Shown here one piece after another: positions 43,405-53,848 of a stretch of 64,000 bases of DNA. The DNA lies in IMG/VR virus record IMGVR_UViG_3300036944_001324, positions 62,001 through 126,000 of that record, one strand, 5' to 3'. The first letter of the stretch is position 1; each line of letters starts with the position of its first letter. The translations under genes were made by a program, and so were the position numbers. Below the pieces are notes generated by a model, which was given only the letters and a program-made list of their open reading frames with translations, was not told where the DNA came from and made no database searches.

Positions 43405-45582
43405 TTAGTTACCACGTCCCGTGTCCTCGTACCACAGGTCAAGCAGGTTGACGATAGGAAGATCCCGAATAACGCCAGCCCAGTGTTCCTGGGAAGTGAG
43501 CATTCGAATGTCGCCACGCAACCAGTTCTTCACTCGCAGCTTGAGCTTTTGACCACGGTAGATCTGCTCGCCAAGCGTAGCAGAACCCAAAGTAGCCATG
43601 TAGTCTGAGTAAGTACTGTCATGAACGTTGATCGTCTCAAATGGATCAATAGAACCAATCTGGATAGGAACGTACATCACGGAAGACAGATCTTTCACAG
43701 AGAACTGCACGTCCACTGCCAGCATGTCTTTGTTCTTGGTAAACCCGAGATTAGAGACACCGCGAGTGATCTGCAGCGACTCAATGATACCGCACCGCGT
43801 AACAGCGCGACCTTGGTCGTACAGTTCGCACAGGAAAGGTTGCGTGTATGCTTGACGACCTGCGGCGTGCGGAAGCGCACCCGCCAAGATCATCGCCAGT
43901 GGGATGTAGATGTTGGTCAGCTGGGACACTGGATGACCGTAAGGGGCCACCAGACGCATGCTGTAGGTCTTGCTGGGCAGCGTTGCTACCGAGTTCTCCC
44001 AATGGTCAGGGATGTCTACATACGCACTACCCATCACGGACAAGAGTCCATCGATCTTGAGTGTGTGAAGAGCACCAGCGAGGAACTCTTTACCAGCGTC
44101 GACGATCATGCCTGCACCAGCACCGATATCACCACCTGCGAAGGTGTAGTAAGCGGCGCGCCCTTGTGCAGAAGTGCTGTTGAATTTCTGAGCCAGGTCA
44201 GACGGCTTGGTAGCGTTACTGAAAGACTCGCTCACGGAGCCAGTGTGGTCCACACGGAACGTAGCGAATGCAGAACCATCAGAAAACTCGGCATCCAAAA
44301 ATTCTTTAAATCCAGATATCTTGGACAAAAGCCGCTCACTCAGCGTCGGGTTGTAAGTCTTCTTGGCTTCTTTCTCAAGTTGCTCCTGAGATACGGCACC
44401 AGACTCACTGGCCAAGCGTTCTTCGAGCGTTCCCCCCATGATGGTTTCCATTTTGGGCTTTTCACTCTTTTCTTGGCTACCGCCTGTGAAGGAGTTCTTC
44501 CACTTGTTGATCAGCTCTTCAAGTGTGAGACCATTGTCATTGGTTTGTACGTTGTTGAATGCGCTTTGCATCGCGGATTGCAATTCTTCGTACGACGCAG
44601 CATTCTCGATAGCTTGTTTCTGTGCGTTCAAAAGACGCATGTTGATGCGTTCAACCCGGGTTACCAGATTCTTCACGTTGATGTAACCGGAATCGTCAAA
44701 AACACCCGGCAACAATTGCTTGATAGAGTCATGCATTTCTTTGTCGAACTGCTGCTCTTCACCGATGCGTTTGTCACCAGACTGGGTCGGGAACATGCCC
44801 TTATGGGTTGCCAGTTGGTTGACAATGGTCGTCACAGCCGACCAGTACACGGGCATGTTGGGTCGAGAGTAGTAGAACTTGGTGGGATTGGTTGTCAAGA
44901 TACCCTTGAGACCGCTTGCAATGTACGCTGCGGCCATGAGACCGAAGAACAACACACCACCCAAAGCTACAAAGCCAACTACAGCACCACCGACTTGACC
45001 CGCGGTGAAAGCCAGACCAGTCACACGACCAGAGTTCGCCAGATAGGCTGCACCCACGTCATAAAAACCAGTAAAGAAACTGATAAGCGAGTTGAACTCA
45101 GGCTTACCAAAACGCATGTGAATCACTTGGTAGCTATCGTCGATAGCTTCCGAGTAGTATGCGCCCATGCCTTGGTTGGTCATTCGGCTTGCAACCGTGA
45201 ATGCATTGCGATCAGGCACGAGACCGGGCTTAGGTGGATCGGCAAACGGCGTGAAGCCGGGTCGGGGATTACAAACGTAATTACCCCCGAGAGAAGTATC
45301 TTCAAACTTCCGATCCGCTGTGGAGTAAAAGCGATTTCGCTCGAACTCTTCTTCCAAGTAGAAGCCCTTGGCATACAGGGTCTCACTCACCCAGTGGTAA
45401 TCTTGGATTTGATCGACTTCGGAGTGAAGGAAGCGAGATCGCTTCTTCAGTAGTTCGTAAGCGCGCTTGGCGACTTCTTCAGAAGACACCCCTGGCAAGG
45501 CCTTGACTGCCTCACCACCTTCGGTGACGAACTTATCAGCCAGCTTGGCTTTGGTAGCCAGTTCTTCAAGAGAAAGAGTCAT
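43405..45582 (-). CDS. Virion structural protein downstream of the tape measure (phiKZ gp182-like, probable baseplate hub)
   Basis: 725 aa; DTSLGGNYVCNPRP...GMGAYYSEAIDD...HMRFGKPEFNSL; synteny with the gp181-like gene. Confidence 0.65.
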   Translation of the reverse strand: MTLSLEELATKAKLADKFVTEGGEAVKALPGVSSEEVAKRAYELLKKRSRFLHSEVDQIQDYHWVSETLYAKGFYLEEEFERNRFYSTADRKFEDTSLGGNYVCNPRPGFTPFADPPKPGLVPDRNAFTVASRMTNQGMGAYYSEAIDDSYQVIHMRFGKPEFNSLISFFTGFYDVGAAYLANSGRVTGLAFTAGQVGGAVVGFVALGGVLFFGLMAAAYIASGLKGILTTNPTKFYYSRPNMPVYWSAVTTIVNQLATHKGMFPTQSGDKRIGEEQQFDKEMHDSIKQLLPGVFDDSGYINVKNLVTRVERINMRLLNAQKQAIENAASYEELQSAMQSAFNNVQTNDNGLTLEELINKWKNSFTGGSQEKSEKPKMETIMGGTLEERLASESGAVSQEQLEKEAKKTYNPTLSERLLSKISGFKEFLDAEFSDGSAFATFRVDHTGSVSESFSNATKPSDLAQKFNSTSAQGRAAYYTFAGGDIGAGAGMIVDAGKEFLAGALHTLKIDGLLSVMGSAYVDIPDHWENSVATLPSKTYSMRLVAPYGHPVSQLTNIYIPLAMILAGALPHAAGRQAYTQPFLCELYDQGRAVTRCGIIESLQITRGVSNLGFTKNKDMLAVDVQFSVKDLSSVMYVPIQIGSIDPFETINVHDSTYSDYMATLGSATLGEQIYRGQKLKLRVKNWLRGDIRMLTSQEHWAGVIRDLPIVNLLDLWYEDTGRGN

Positions 45583-45676
45583 GGAAAAATACCATTGTTA
45601 AATAGGGAGATCATAGGATGGAGAACTCTATTTTTAAAGCGTTAATTGTTAAATAGGCATGCTACCCCTAACCCAA

Positions 45677-45733
45677 CAACATAAAAGCCCTCCTAGAGGC
45701 CTCTAAAGGCTTTCTAGGAGGGTCTATGCCTGT
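45677..45733. terminator. Hairpin of the CATA...TATGCC family
   Basis: CAACATAAAAGCCCTCCTAGA-GGCCTCTAAAGGCTT-TCTAGGAGGGTCTATGCCTG. Confidence 0.7.
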
Positions 45734-45736
45734 GGC

Positions 45737-48700
45737 TTACGCCACGCGCCGCGTATCTACGATGGGTTCACTCACTTTACGAGGCCTGCGATCAGGCTGT
45801 GGTGATCCTGTTGAAGATGGAGCGGGTGGTGTTGCAGCTCCTGCGGTAGAAGCTGCTTCAGTTTGTTCACCTTGTTTGGCTATCATGAGATCCAAAATAC
45901 GCTGTTGGATATCACGCGACTCAATCAGGATTTTGTTAGTGTTACCGATACCATCAATGAGGTTCTTCTCATGGGTGCTGCGTGCACCCACTTCTGTATC
46001 CCGCGCATCTCGCTGCATGGCTGGTTGAACAGCCATCGGCATGAACGAAGGAGAACCAGAAGAAACTTGTCGCGGCTTAGGAGTCGTCTCTTCTTGCGAA
46101 GGACGGTACAGAGCGTTTTGCATGGTGGGTGCACCAGACTCAGAAGCAACACTCGTCGACGGGGAAGGTGTTGAAACACTTCCTGCCGAGTCATTGGCTG
46201 CTGGTGTAGTCGCCTTTGCCACCTGGGTAACGTTTCCTACATCGGGGGAGCCGATGCCGAACGCAGAAGCTGCTTTGGTCAGCTTGTTTTGCAGCAAAGT
46301 CATGATCTCTTGCTTCGTGCGTGGACGGCCACCATCGAAGAAGATCGACTTGTTAGCAGCCGCGGCTTCAGGCATTGCGTGAGCTGGCGTGACATTGTCA
46401 GCAAGACCCATGAAACGTCGACCACCGCCTGGGCCTAAGAAATGCAAGAGATAAGCACTCAGTGCATTCGCAGGCATGCCTGCCTTTTGTGCAGTCTGCA
46501 GATTTTGTTTCAAGTACAACGCACCCATGATGGCGTTGGCCTTAGGGTCGTTTGGAGAAGCATCGGCGGGAATGCCGTAGCTTGCACCATGCTTCTTGAC
46601 CATGTCGTTCCAAGTTCCCTTGGTAAACTGGTACAAACCCTTGGCGCTCGATGTTCCAGCAGCAGCGCCAGACTTGAAGCTGCTTTCAACAGCAACTGTT
46701 GTCTGGGCCAAGTTGGGATCAACACCCACTTGGGCAGCAGCATCCGCTACCAGCTTCTTCATGTCGGCAACTGAACTACCACCACCCTTGAGGTCTTGGT
46801 AGCCACCGCCCTTGCCTTCGTAGTTGTTCAGTGCGGTTTGAGCTTGGCCAGCTGGCGAACCTTTGAGCTTTGGAGAGCCTTCAAAGTCAGGCAGACTTCC
46901 ACCACCGGAGCCACCAATGCTTCCAGCAGAACCGGAAGCAGTAACTTCCGCACCGATCTGAGCAGCACCACCTGCGTAACCACCCTTGCCTGTCATGCTT
47001 GGCGTAGCGGCGGAGCGACTAGCATCTCCTTCGCGATCGCTCTTGATGGTCTCACCACCTGCATTGAACAAAGCCAAAGCGTGATCCGTGTTACGGCGAC
47101 CATGGGCGTACAGACCCTTAGCCCGACCAACACCACCACCGCCTTTACCGGGGGAGTGAGAAACAGCCATGGTTGCAGCCATGCCGTCTTTCTTGTACTT
47201 GTTGACGTTGTCTTGAATACCAGCTGGCTCGATGTGCCAAGGCTCACCACCGACGGGTCGGGTGAAACCATACTTGCGCATGAGACCAAGCTTATCAAGT
47301 GCGTTAGCGTCGATAGAGTTAATGTCAAAAGCCAGTCCGTACTCATGCAGGCTTGTACCTGGTCGAGCAGCGTTTTCTGGATTGTTCATGTACTCACGCT
47401 GTTGATCAGCGAATGAACGCATGCCGGCGTTCAGTTGTATCTTCTTACCTGTGATGGTTCCGTACTCTTCCACCATGCCTCGGAACAGCTTTACAGCCTC
47501 CGGGTTAGCTCCGTCGAGGGTTGCACCGCTATGATACTTGAGGAATGCCTCAGCACCGGAGCCGTTCATCAGGTCACCGCCAGCTACCTTGAGGGAGCCA
47601 GTCGATGGGGGTGCAGAAGTCTTTTCTGTTTTGGCAGGGCCGCCAGAACTACCAGCGTTTGCTTTAGCGTCCGATTCCATGTCTGGAAGAACGTTAGCTT
47701 GGTACGCTGGTTTGGCGCCAGCCATCTGGGGTGTGTCCGGACGATACACTGCACGCAGCATCTGCGGAGTTTGTGTAGGTGTCGTGCTAGCAGGTGAGGA
47801 TTTTACCTTCTCCTCTTGGATGGTCTGCTTTTCTGCACGTTCTTTCAAGAGTTCCACGAACGGCTTGATAGAGACCGTGGTTTCGCTCAGTGTGTAGCCT
47901 GGCCAAGGAGAAGCCGAGACTTTCATCACTTGGCTAGCGATGGCCATCATGGCGTTAGCCACTGCCTCGCTTTGGGTCGGTGTCAATGCAGCGTTAGCGG
48001 CTGCAAGATCTTTGGTTTGTGTGTGGAAACACGCCTGCGCGTAGAACGTCGTAAAGACAGGCAAGAAACGAGACTGGAACCAGGTTACCCAGTTATCCAC
48101 AGCCCGAGTGTTATCCTTATCGACACCAAACAAACCGTTGACAATCGTCAGTACTTTGCTAGGGTCACCCGTGAACGTAGCGACGCCCTCAGAGGACAGA
48201 TCGATTTGTTTTTGAACATGGGCTTCGAGACTGTTCAAAGAAGCCACCTTGTTAGGCTGTACGTCCATGATCCCGTACAGACGGAAACGAATCGATGCCA
48301 ATGCGTCGACGCTCTTGCTTGGCAAGGGTTCGATGTTGCTGGTGCTGTAAGTGATACCTTGACCGCCAAGAACAGAAACGTCTTTGGATGCGTCGTTCTT
48401 GTAAGCGTTCAGCTGGTTGTGCTGACTCTTCATGTCGACGTAGTCTTTCATGCCTGCCTTACCAGCGGCAGCTCCACCCTTGGATTGATCCTGGGCAGAT
48501 TTCAAGACGGCATCTACTTCTTTGCGTTTCATGTCGCCCTTGCTGGTTTCCAGCGCGAGCTTTTCCGTCTTGGAAGCCTTGGAAGCTTTTTCTTCCAGCA
48601 TCTTGCCAAGTACTTCTTTCATGTCGCGAATAGCTGCACCGTTAACGCTCAGGTCGTTACCAGAGCCGAACGGATTAGACAACTCGTCATGACCCTCGGA

Positions 48701-51700
48701 CACCGCAGTAACTGCTTTGAAGAAAGCCAGCTCATTGGAAGGTTTGAGGTTGTCAATGTCTGCCATCTTCTTGAGATCGGCGGTCTTTGCAGCCGCAGCA
48801 TGTTTCAAGAAGTTGGGTTTGAAGCGACGCTCGAGCCAACGCGAGAACGTTGCGAGCTGCTGTTCGTTATCAACGTCAATGCGAAAACGTGTTACGATTT
48901 CTTGGGCATCGATTTTGGATTCGTCGATAGAAGCTTTACCTTCATCGAGCTTGACGAATGGGAAGAGGTATTCTTCCAGCCACTGCAGAGTAGCAATAGG
49001 TCCGGTATCACCCATACCTACGCCGTACTCGGCCATCCGCAATGCACGCAGGTTGCCACTGCCCTTGGCTTTGACAGGTTCAGTGTTGTCACCCTTGACC
49101 AGATCGTAGAGTTCTTTCAAACCCCACACAGCACCAGCCACAGTCAATGCAGTCGCGACGATAGGTGCACCCAAAAGCGCAGCCACACCTGCCAGAGCAG
49201 GAATAGCAAGGCGTTTCAGAGCGAAGCCACCTACGGCCATCGCACCTCGGCCGAGACCAGCGGCGCCACCCATGCGTGCGCCGACTCCAGCAGCAGTGCG
49301 GACACCAGCCTTACCCCACGTACCGATTTTGGAAGCAGCACGGCTGAAGATACCTGGCTTACCACCAGGCTTACCACCCTTACCGCCTTTACCCCCTCCG
49401 CCTCCGAACATGTCAGCAATACCGCTGGCCAAACCAGCGAGCATCCCACCTTTACTGGTGAGGCTATTGATGATCATGTCGATGGTGTTCTCAGTACCCA
49501 TGGAGCCGGGCTTTTGAACATCGCTCAGGTCTTTGGTGGGTTCATTGATGTTGCGTTGTTTGTTCTTGAGATCCTGCCAAGAGTTATCACGCAGGCCATC
49601 GCCGTCTGTGTCACCCTTAGCACCGGCAGCGCCAGCCACAGCTGCTTTACCGGAATAACGTGCTTTAGCGTTATTGAACTTCTCTTTCGCGCCACCCATG
49701 AAGCGCTTGAACAGAGATTTGTTTTGTTTCTTGAGTTCGTCAATTTCTCGAGTGGTTTTCTCTTGACCGTCTTTAACGGCTTCTTTGACGTCAGCGGTGT
49801 CACCAGTTGCACCCGTACCACCCAGAGCGCCTAAGCCTTTGCGCTTAGAACGCCAGCGACTGAATGCGCTACCGATTGCAGAAGCTCCTGCGCCTACTGC
49901 CTTACCAGCAGCTGACAACAAGTTGGTTCCACCGTCGTAGTCGCGGTTCGTTGCAGGAGGTTCACCGGGTGCGGCAGGGCCATTGTTGTTTGTGTTGGGA
50001 GCGTCAGCTGCTTTAGCGATGGTCGCCAAAGGGCCACCAGAGGAGCTTTGTGGCAAACGAGAATCCAGGATGTCTCGAATTTGTTCCAGTACGGAATGGC
50101 TTTGTTCAGAGATCTGAATCTGAGAAGTAGCTTCTCCACCAGGACCACCGTTGTTACGGAAACCGCTCAACCCCTTAGTGACGAACGTTTTGGCTGCAGA
50201 ACCAATGCCACTGAGAACCTTCTTAGATTTCTTGGCAATCCAGGCAGTGGTGCGAACGGCAGAGACAGCGCGTTTGCGCATACCTTCGGCAATCTGCTGG
50301 GTAATAGTCTTGAATGGGTTGCCGTCTTCATCGACCAGACCTTTGACCAGATCTTCGATGCTGATCTTTGTTTCGTTGGTAGCGTCTACAACTTCGCCTT
50401 TGATCTTCGTTGGTCGATCAATCACTGAACCGTCGGACTTGTTGAGATAGCCACCGAGACGCATCACGTGAGCGTACAGTCGTGGTGTTGCCTCACCCTT
50501 GACGTAAACGTCGCGAGGAGGAATCAATACTTCTTTGAGGATGGCTTTGCCGAAGTTACCAACCATGCCGAGTTTGCGTTTGGCAAACAAAGCGGTTTGT
50601 CCGGTAACGTTCAGCAAACGACCAAGGCCTTTACCTGCGGCAGTCATGGCGCGCTGGACACGGTCAGCGAATACCCGTGCAAAGATCTTGGCGTTGCTCT
50701 TAACGTAAGCTTTCTTGAGCTCAGAAGGAGAAAGAATGTACTTGCCGTTTTCATCGAAGACACCTTCTACAGCGTCGGCGACGGCCATCAAGGTACTAAG
50801 GACCTTGCCTTTAGCGTCAAAGTAGGCGCCGGCTTGTAGGCCTTCCGACGTGATGCGGGGAGCCTTCTCATTACCAACAAAGAGTTCACCGATAACGGGG
50901 ATTCCGTCTTTGAGGTCCTGGAACATGCGAGCGCCAAAGAGGCGGCTCTTGGAAGCTTTGTCAGCGGCTTCTTCAACCACCTTCGAACCCACGCGCTTAC
51001 CCAGGCGGGCAACAGCTTTACCGCGGTTCCAACCACCACGCAGTTTGTCCTTGAACTTGCCAAGGTTCTCACCCATCGTGCTGTTCCAAAAGCCCTTGAC
51101 TTTGTCTTTGGCTTGGTCGGCGTAACCTGCGGCTTGTTCTGCAAACGCGTTGGCTTTCTCGGAAGCAGCTTTGCCAAAACCACCCATGCTAAAGCCACCA
51201 CCTGACTTGCCACCGCCGGAGCCACCGAAACCACCGCCACGCTCCATGCTTTCAGCGATCATGGACAGAACGCCGTACTGACGCTCTGCGATGTGAACCA
51301 GCTTTTGCAGGTTACCCATGCCTTTGGTGTCACCGAGCTCTTTGTCGATACGGTCTTGCAGGCCTTGGATGCCTGCCATCGCGATACCGTTCATGCTCGT
51401 GAGGTCGATCTTCTTGCCACCAGGGGCAGCTTCTTCACCGAACTCTTTGTTAACGTCCTGGGCCATCGGGCCGACCTTGGGTGACTGATCATCACTCTCG
51501 GTCTTTTTGTACTTCCAACGACTGATCGTGATCTTCTTGAGTTTCTCAAGAATAGATGCAGGATTCATTGGCTTGATACCGTCCTTGGCAAAGAAGTCGC
51601 TCTTGACGACCTTACCACCACCCAAGGCAGTTTCAATGATCTTGTCCAGGTCGATGTCAGACTGGTCCGCATCGAGTTCGTTGGCTTTGGTGAAGCCCAT

Positions 51701-53581
51701 CTCGTCCATGATGCTACCGTGACCTTCATTGAAAGCATTTTGAATAGCTGCTCGTGGATCTTTCAACCCACTCTTAGCCTCGCCCATGCTGTCGATGAAC
51801 TTGTTGCGTGCGCGCAAAGCTTTGCCAGTCCCGGAGAACTTGCCTGCTTCTTTGCTGTCGAAGAAAGCCTGCATGGCGCGTGCCACGGCTTCAGCTTCTT
51901 CTTTGGAGCCAGTGCCTTTCCAAAAGCCAGCTTCCGTCATCCGTTGGGGCGTCATAGAAGAGCCAGTGATCTGACCCTTGAGCAAAGAACGCTTGAGGCG
52001 CTCTTGTGCTTCTTGACTCAAGTCAGAACCAGAAGCGACTTCTGATACGAACTTGTCCATTGCACCGCCACTGCGCTGACCTTCCGAGAAGCGTTTGTTG
52101 TATTTCTTGATCAGATCGTCTTTGCTAGCAAAACCAGCTTTGTCGTGATCGTAGTACGTAAGGCCGATCTTGGTGTCACCCGTGCGTGCGATTTGCAGCT
52201 CTTGCAAGATCCGTGCAAGGTAGCCCGGCATCACCTCGGTGATAGAGCGCTTGTATGCGTTATCCAGTTCGGCTGGTTGCTTGAGGTTCTCCCCGCCCTT
52301 CTCTTTGGCAATACGTCGTTCGTTATTGCGGGCAGGCACCATCATCGAGGCAAGACCACGCAGAACCTGCATGGTGGTGCTCTCGTCCATCTCGCCACCG
52401 AATGCAAAGTCACGCAGCTCAGCGTCGCCGTTTTGCATGACGTTTTTAAGGGTGGAAGCACCCTTTTGAATCGCTCGATTGGCTTTGCGGTTACCGCGGG
52501 TGATCTTGCGGATCTTGCCGCCTGCGATGTCATCAAAGACACCCAGACCAAACTTGGTAGCACCTTCGGCGATCTGCCTGCGACGACGAACTGCTGGATC
52601 TTCATCATCAAGGTCCATGTCCATGTCAGAAGCCATGGTTGCCCCTTGGAGTCCCATGACAACATAGTCAGTCATTTCCTTGAGCGACTTGGCAAACTGG
52701 TTGCTCGCTGCTTGGAAGATGTTATCACCACCGGCACTGAACTTACCCAAGGCCTTGTCAACGAACTGGTTCTTCGCGTTGTTGACGAAGCGTTCAGTGA
52801 TACGGATCTTCTCAGACTCTGGAAGGCCGGTGTTGTGTCGGATCTGATCGAGCTGAGTACGGTTTTGTGCGATCAGCATGCGCAGCTGCTCGTTGGTATC
52901 CCTGATACCGAAGACCATGCGGTACTGCAGCTCCAGGCTCTTCTTTTGATAAGCCTGGGTAATACCTACCGTGTGCTTAGCGAGGATGTCGCTAGAGCGA
53001 GCGATAGTGTTGAGCAAGTTCGTATGCGTTTTGAAACGAACAAGCTCAGCGGTCTTTTCGATGTTGGCTTTGGCTTCGTCTTGCTCACGCTCATGTTGAC
53101 GTACATCGTCCTGAGCTGAAAACATCTGCTCCAAGGAAGCCGCAATGGCGCGATCTTCTTCGGCTTGTTTGTTGAACTTTTCAGCCTTGTAACCCCGAGT
53201 GTTTTCTTCAAGGTAGTCAACCAGCTTGAGCGTGCGGCGCATTTTCTGCGGAATCTTGTTACGAATCGACTTGGCGAATTCGTTAACAGGCTCGCGTGCA
53301 GTGTTCTTGAACTCGTTGACAGCATTCGCGATGGTGTCACGTGTTCCAGTATAGGTGTCGAAAGCTTCCCCGTATTCAGCAGGAAGAGCTTTACCCACCA
53401 GACGACGCAGAGTCTGCTCGTCAGAGTAGTGGGCTTTTGCAGCGGTGGCGATTCCTTTGCGGATCGTCTTGGCCGGGCTTCTGTCTTTCGGGTCAGTTTC
53501 CCCGAAGTCAAAGTCACCCATTCCGAAGTCCATATCATCGAACTCCGTAGGCCCGCGCTTGAGCCGATCAGATTTTATCAT
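45737..53581 (-). CDS. Tape-measure / virion lytic protein (phiKZ gp181-like) with internal S74-like domain, M15 peptidase and lytic transglycosylase
   Basis: 2614 aa, mostly helical and A/G/K-rich. SLT domain (AAQVGVDPNLAQTTVAVESSF...SAKGLYQFTKGTW) at about 46290-46760. M15 domain (NAGMRSFADQ...ARPGTSLHEYGLAFDI...GGEPWHI) at about 47225-47450. Next to the virion RNAP genes as in phiKZ. Confidence 0.88.
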   Translation of the reverse strand: MIKSDRLKRGPTEFDDMDFGMGDFDFGETDPKDRSPAKTIRKGIATAAKAHYSDEQTLRRLVGKALPAEYGEAFDTYTGTRDTIANAVNEFKNTAREPVNEFAKSIRNKIPQKMRRTLKLVDYLEENTRGYKAEKFNKQAEEDRAIAASLEQMFSAQDDVRQHEREQDEAKANIEKTAELVRFKTHTNLLNTIARSSDILAKHTVGITQAYQKKSLELQYRMVFGIRDTNEQLRMLIAQNRTQLDQIRHNTGLPESEKIRITERFVNNAKNQFVDKALGKFSAGGDNIFQAASNQFAKSLKEMTDYVVMGLQGATMASDMDMDLDDEDPAVRRRRQIAEGATKFGLGVFDDIAGGKIRKITRGNRKANRAIQKGASTLKNVMQNGDAELRDFAFGGEMDESTTMQVLRGLASMMVPARNNERRIAKEKGGENLKQPAELDNAYKRSITEVMPGYLARILQELQIARTGDTKIGLTYYDHDKAGFASKDDLIKKYNKRFSEGQRSGGAMDKFVSEVASGSDLSQEAQERLKRSLLKGQITGSSMTPQRMTEAGFWKGTGSKEEAEAVARAMQAFFDSKEAGKFSGTGKALRARNKFIDSMGEAKSGLKDPRAAIQNAFNEGHGSIMDEMGFTKANELDADQSDIDLDKIIETALGGGKVVKSDFFAKDGIKPMNPASILEKLKKITISRWKYKKTESDDQSPKVGPMAQDVNKEFGEEAAPGGKKIDLTSMNGIAMAGIQGLQDRIDKELGDTKGMGNLQKLVHIAERQYGVLSMIAESMERGGGFGGSGGGKSGGGFSMGGFGKAASEKANAFAEQAAGYADQAKDKVKGFWNSTMGENLGKFKDKLRGGWNRGKAVARLGKRVGSKVVEEAADKASKSRLFGARMFQDLKDGIPVIGELFVGNEKAPRITSEGLQAGAYFDAKGKVLSTLMAVADAVEGVFDENGKYILSPSELKKAYVKSNAKIFARVFADRVQRAMTAAGKGLGRLLNVTGQTALFAKRKLGMVGNFGKAILKEVLIPPRDVYVKGEATPRLYAHVMRLGGYLNKSDGSVIDRPTKIKGEVVDATNETKISIEDLVKGLVDEDGNPFKTITQQIAEGMRKRAVSAVRTTAWIAKKSKKVLSGIGSAAKTFVTKGLSGFRNNGGPGGEATSQIQISEQSHSVLEQIRDILDSRLPQSSSGGPLATIAKAADAPNTNNNGPAAPGEPPATNRDYDGGTNLLSAAGKAVGAGASAIGSAFSRWRSKRKGLGALGGTGATGDTADVKEAVKDGQEKTTREIDELKKQNKSLFKRFMGGAKEKFNNAKARYSGKAAVAGAAGAKGDTDGDGLRDNSWQDLKNKQRNINEPTKDLSDVQKPGSMGTENTIDMIINSLTSKGGMLAGLASGIADMFGGGGGKGGKGGKPGGKPGIFSRAASKIGTWGKAGVRTAAGVGARMGGAAGLGRGAMAVGGFALKRLAIPALAGVAALLGAPIVATALTVAGAVWGLKELYDLVKGDNTEPVKAKGSGNLRALRMAEYGVGMGDTGPIATLQWLEEYLFPFVKLDEGKASIDESKIDAQEIVTRFRIDVDNEQQLATFSRWLERRFKPNFLKHAAAAKTADLKKMADIDNLKPSNELAFFKAVTAVSEGHDELSNPFGSGNDLSVNGAAIRDMKEVLGKMLEEKASKASKTEKLALETSKGDMKRKEVDAVLKSAQDQSKGGAAAGKAGMKDYVDMKSQHNQLNAYKNDASKDVSVLGGQGITYSTSNIEPLPSKSVDALASIRFRLYGIMDVQPNKVASLNSLEAHVQKQIDLSSEGVATFTGDPSKVLTIVNGLFGVDKDNTRAVDNWVTWFQSRFLPVFTTFYAQACFHTQTKDLAAANAALTPTQSEAVANAMMAIASQVMKVSASPWPGYTLSETTVSIKPFVELLKERAEKQTIQEEKVKSSPASTTPTQTPQMLRAVYRPDTPQMAGAKPAYQANVLPDMESDAKANAGSSGGPAKTEKTSAPPSTGSLKVAGGDLMNGSGAEAFLKYHSGATLDGANPEAVKLFRGMVEEYGTITGKKIQLNAGMRSFADQQREYMNNPENAARPGTSLHEYGLAFDINSIDANALDKLGLMRKYGFTRPVGGEPWHIEPAGIQDNVNKYKKDGMAATMAVSHSPGKGGGGVGRAKGLYAHGRRNTDHALALFNAGGETIKSDREGDASRSAATPSMTGKGGYAGGAAQIGAEVTASGSAGSIGGSGGGSLPDFEGSPKLKGSPAGQAQTALNNYEGKGGGYQDLKGGGSSVADMKKLVADAAAQVGVDPNLAQTTVAVESSFKSGAAAGTSSAKGLYQFTKGTWNDMVKKHGASYGIPADASPNDPKANAIMGALYLKQNLQTAQKAGMPANALSAYLLHFLGPGGGRRFMGLADNVTPAHAMPEAAAANKSIFFDGGRPRTKQEIMTLLQNKLTKAASAFGIGSPDVGNVTQVAKATTPAANDSAGSVSTPSPSTSVASESGAPTMQNALYRPSQEETTPKPRQVSSGSPSFMPMAVQPAMQRDARDTEVGARSTHEKNLIDGIGNTNKILIESRDIQQRILDLMIAKQGEQTEAASTAGAATPPAPSSTGSPQPDRRPRKVSEPIVDTRRVA

Positions 53582-53848
53582 TGGTGATTTTCTCTACTTG
53601 GTCCAAAATTATTTGACATCCCTGTGGGTCTCACTAGCAGGGTATATAAGGGATACCTCTTAGCTCCCGTTATAAGAGCTAAAAGGCGTCCCTGTTTTTG
53701 CCCCTGCCGAGGTAGCTTTCACGAGGAACGAAAAGCTTACGCATCATAGCGATTAAAAGCGGATGATGTAAAGATCGTATCTAAACATAGCAATCTCTTG
53801 ACACTATCAGGTAGCTTTCATCGGTAGTTTTTCACTGGTCCAATATCC

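Noticed and set aside
15541-45645. Recurring TTAAAGCG(T/C)T near some gene ends (15544, 31968, 45633; reversed at 35487)
   Set aside because: Short, AT-rich, partly formed by stop codons, and of inconsistent orientation; cannot be separated from chance without a genome-wide count.
49560-49625. DTDGDGLRD calcium-binding-like motif in the tape measure
   Set aside because: A single short DxDxDG occurrence in a low-complexity region; not enough to claim an EF-hand or dockerin function.
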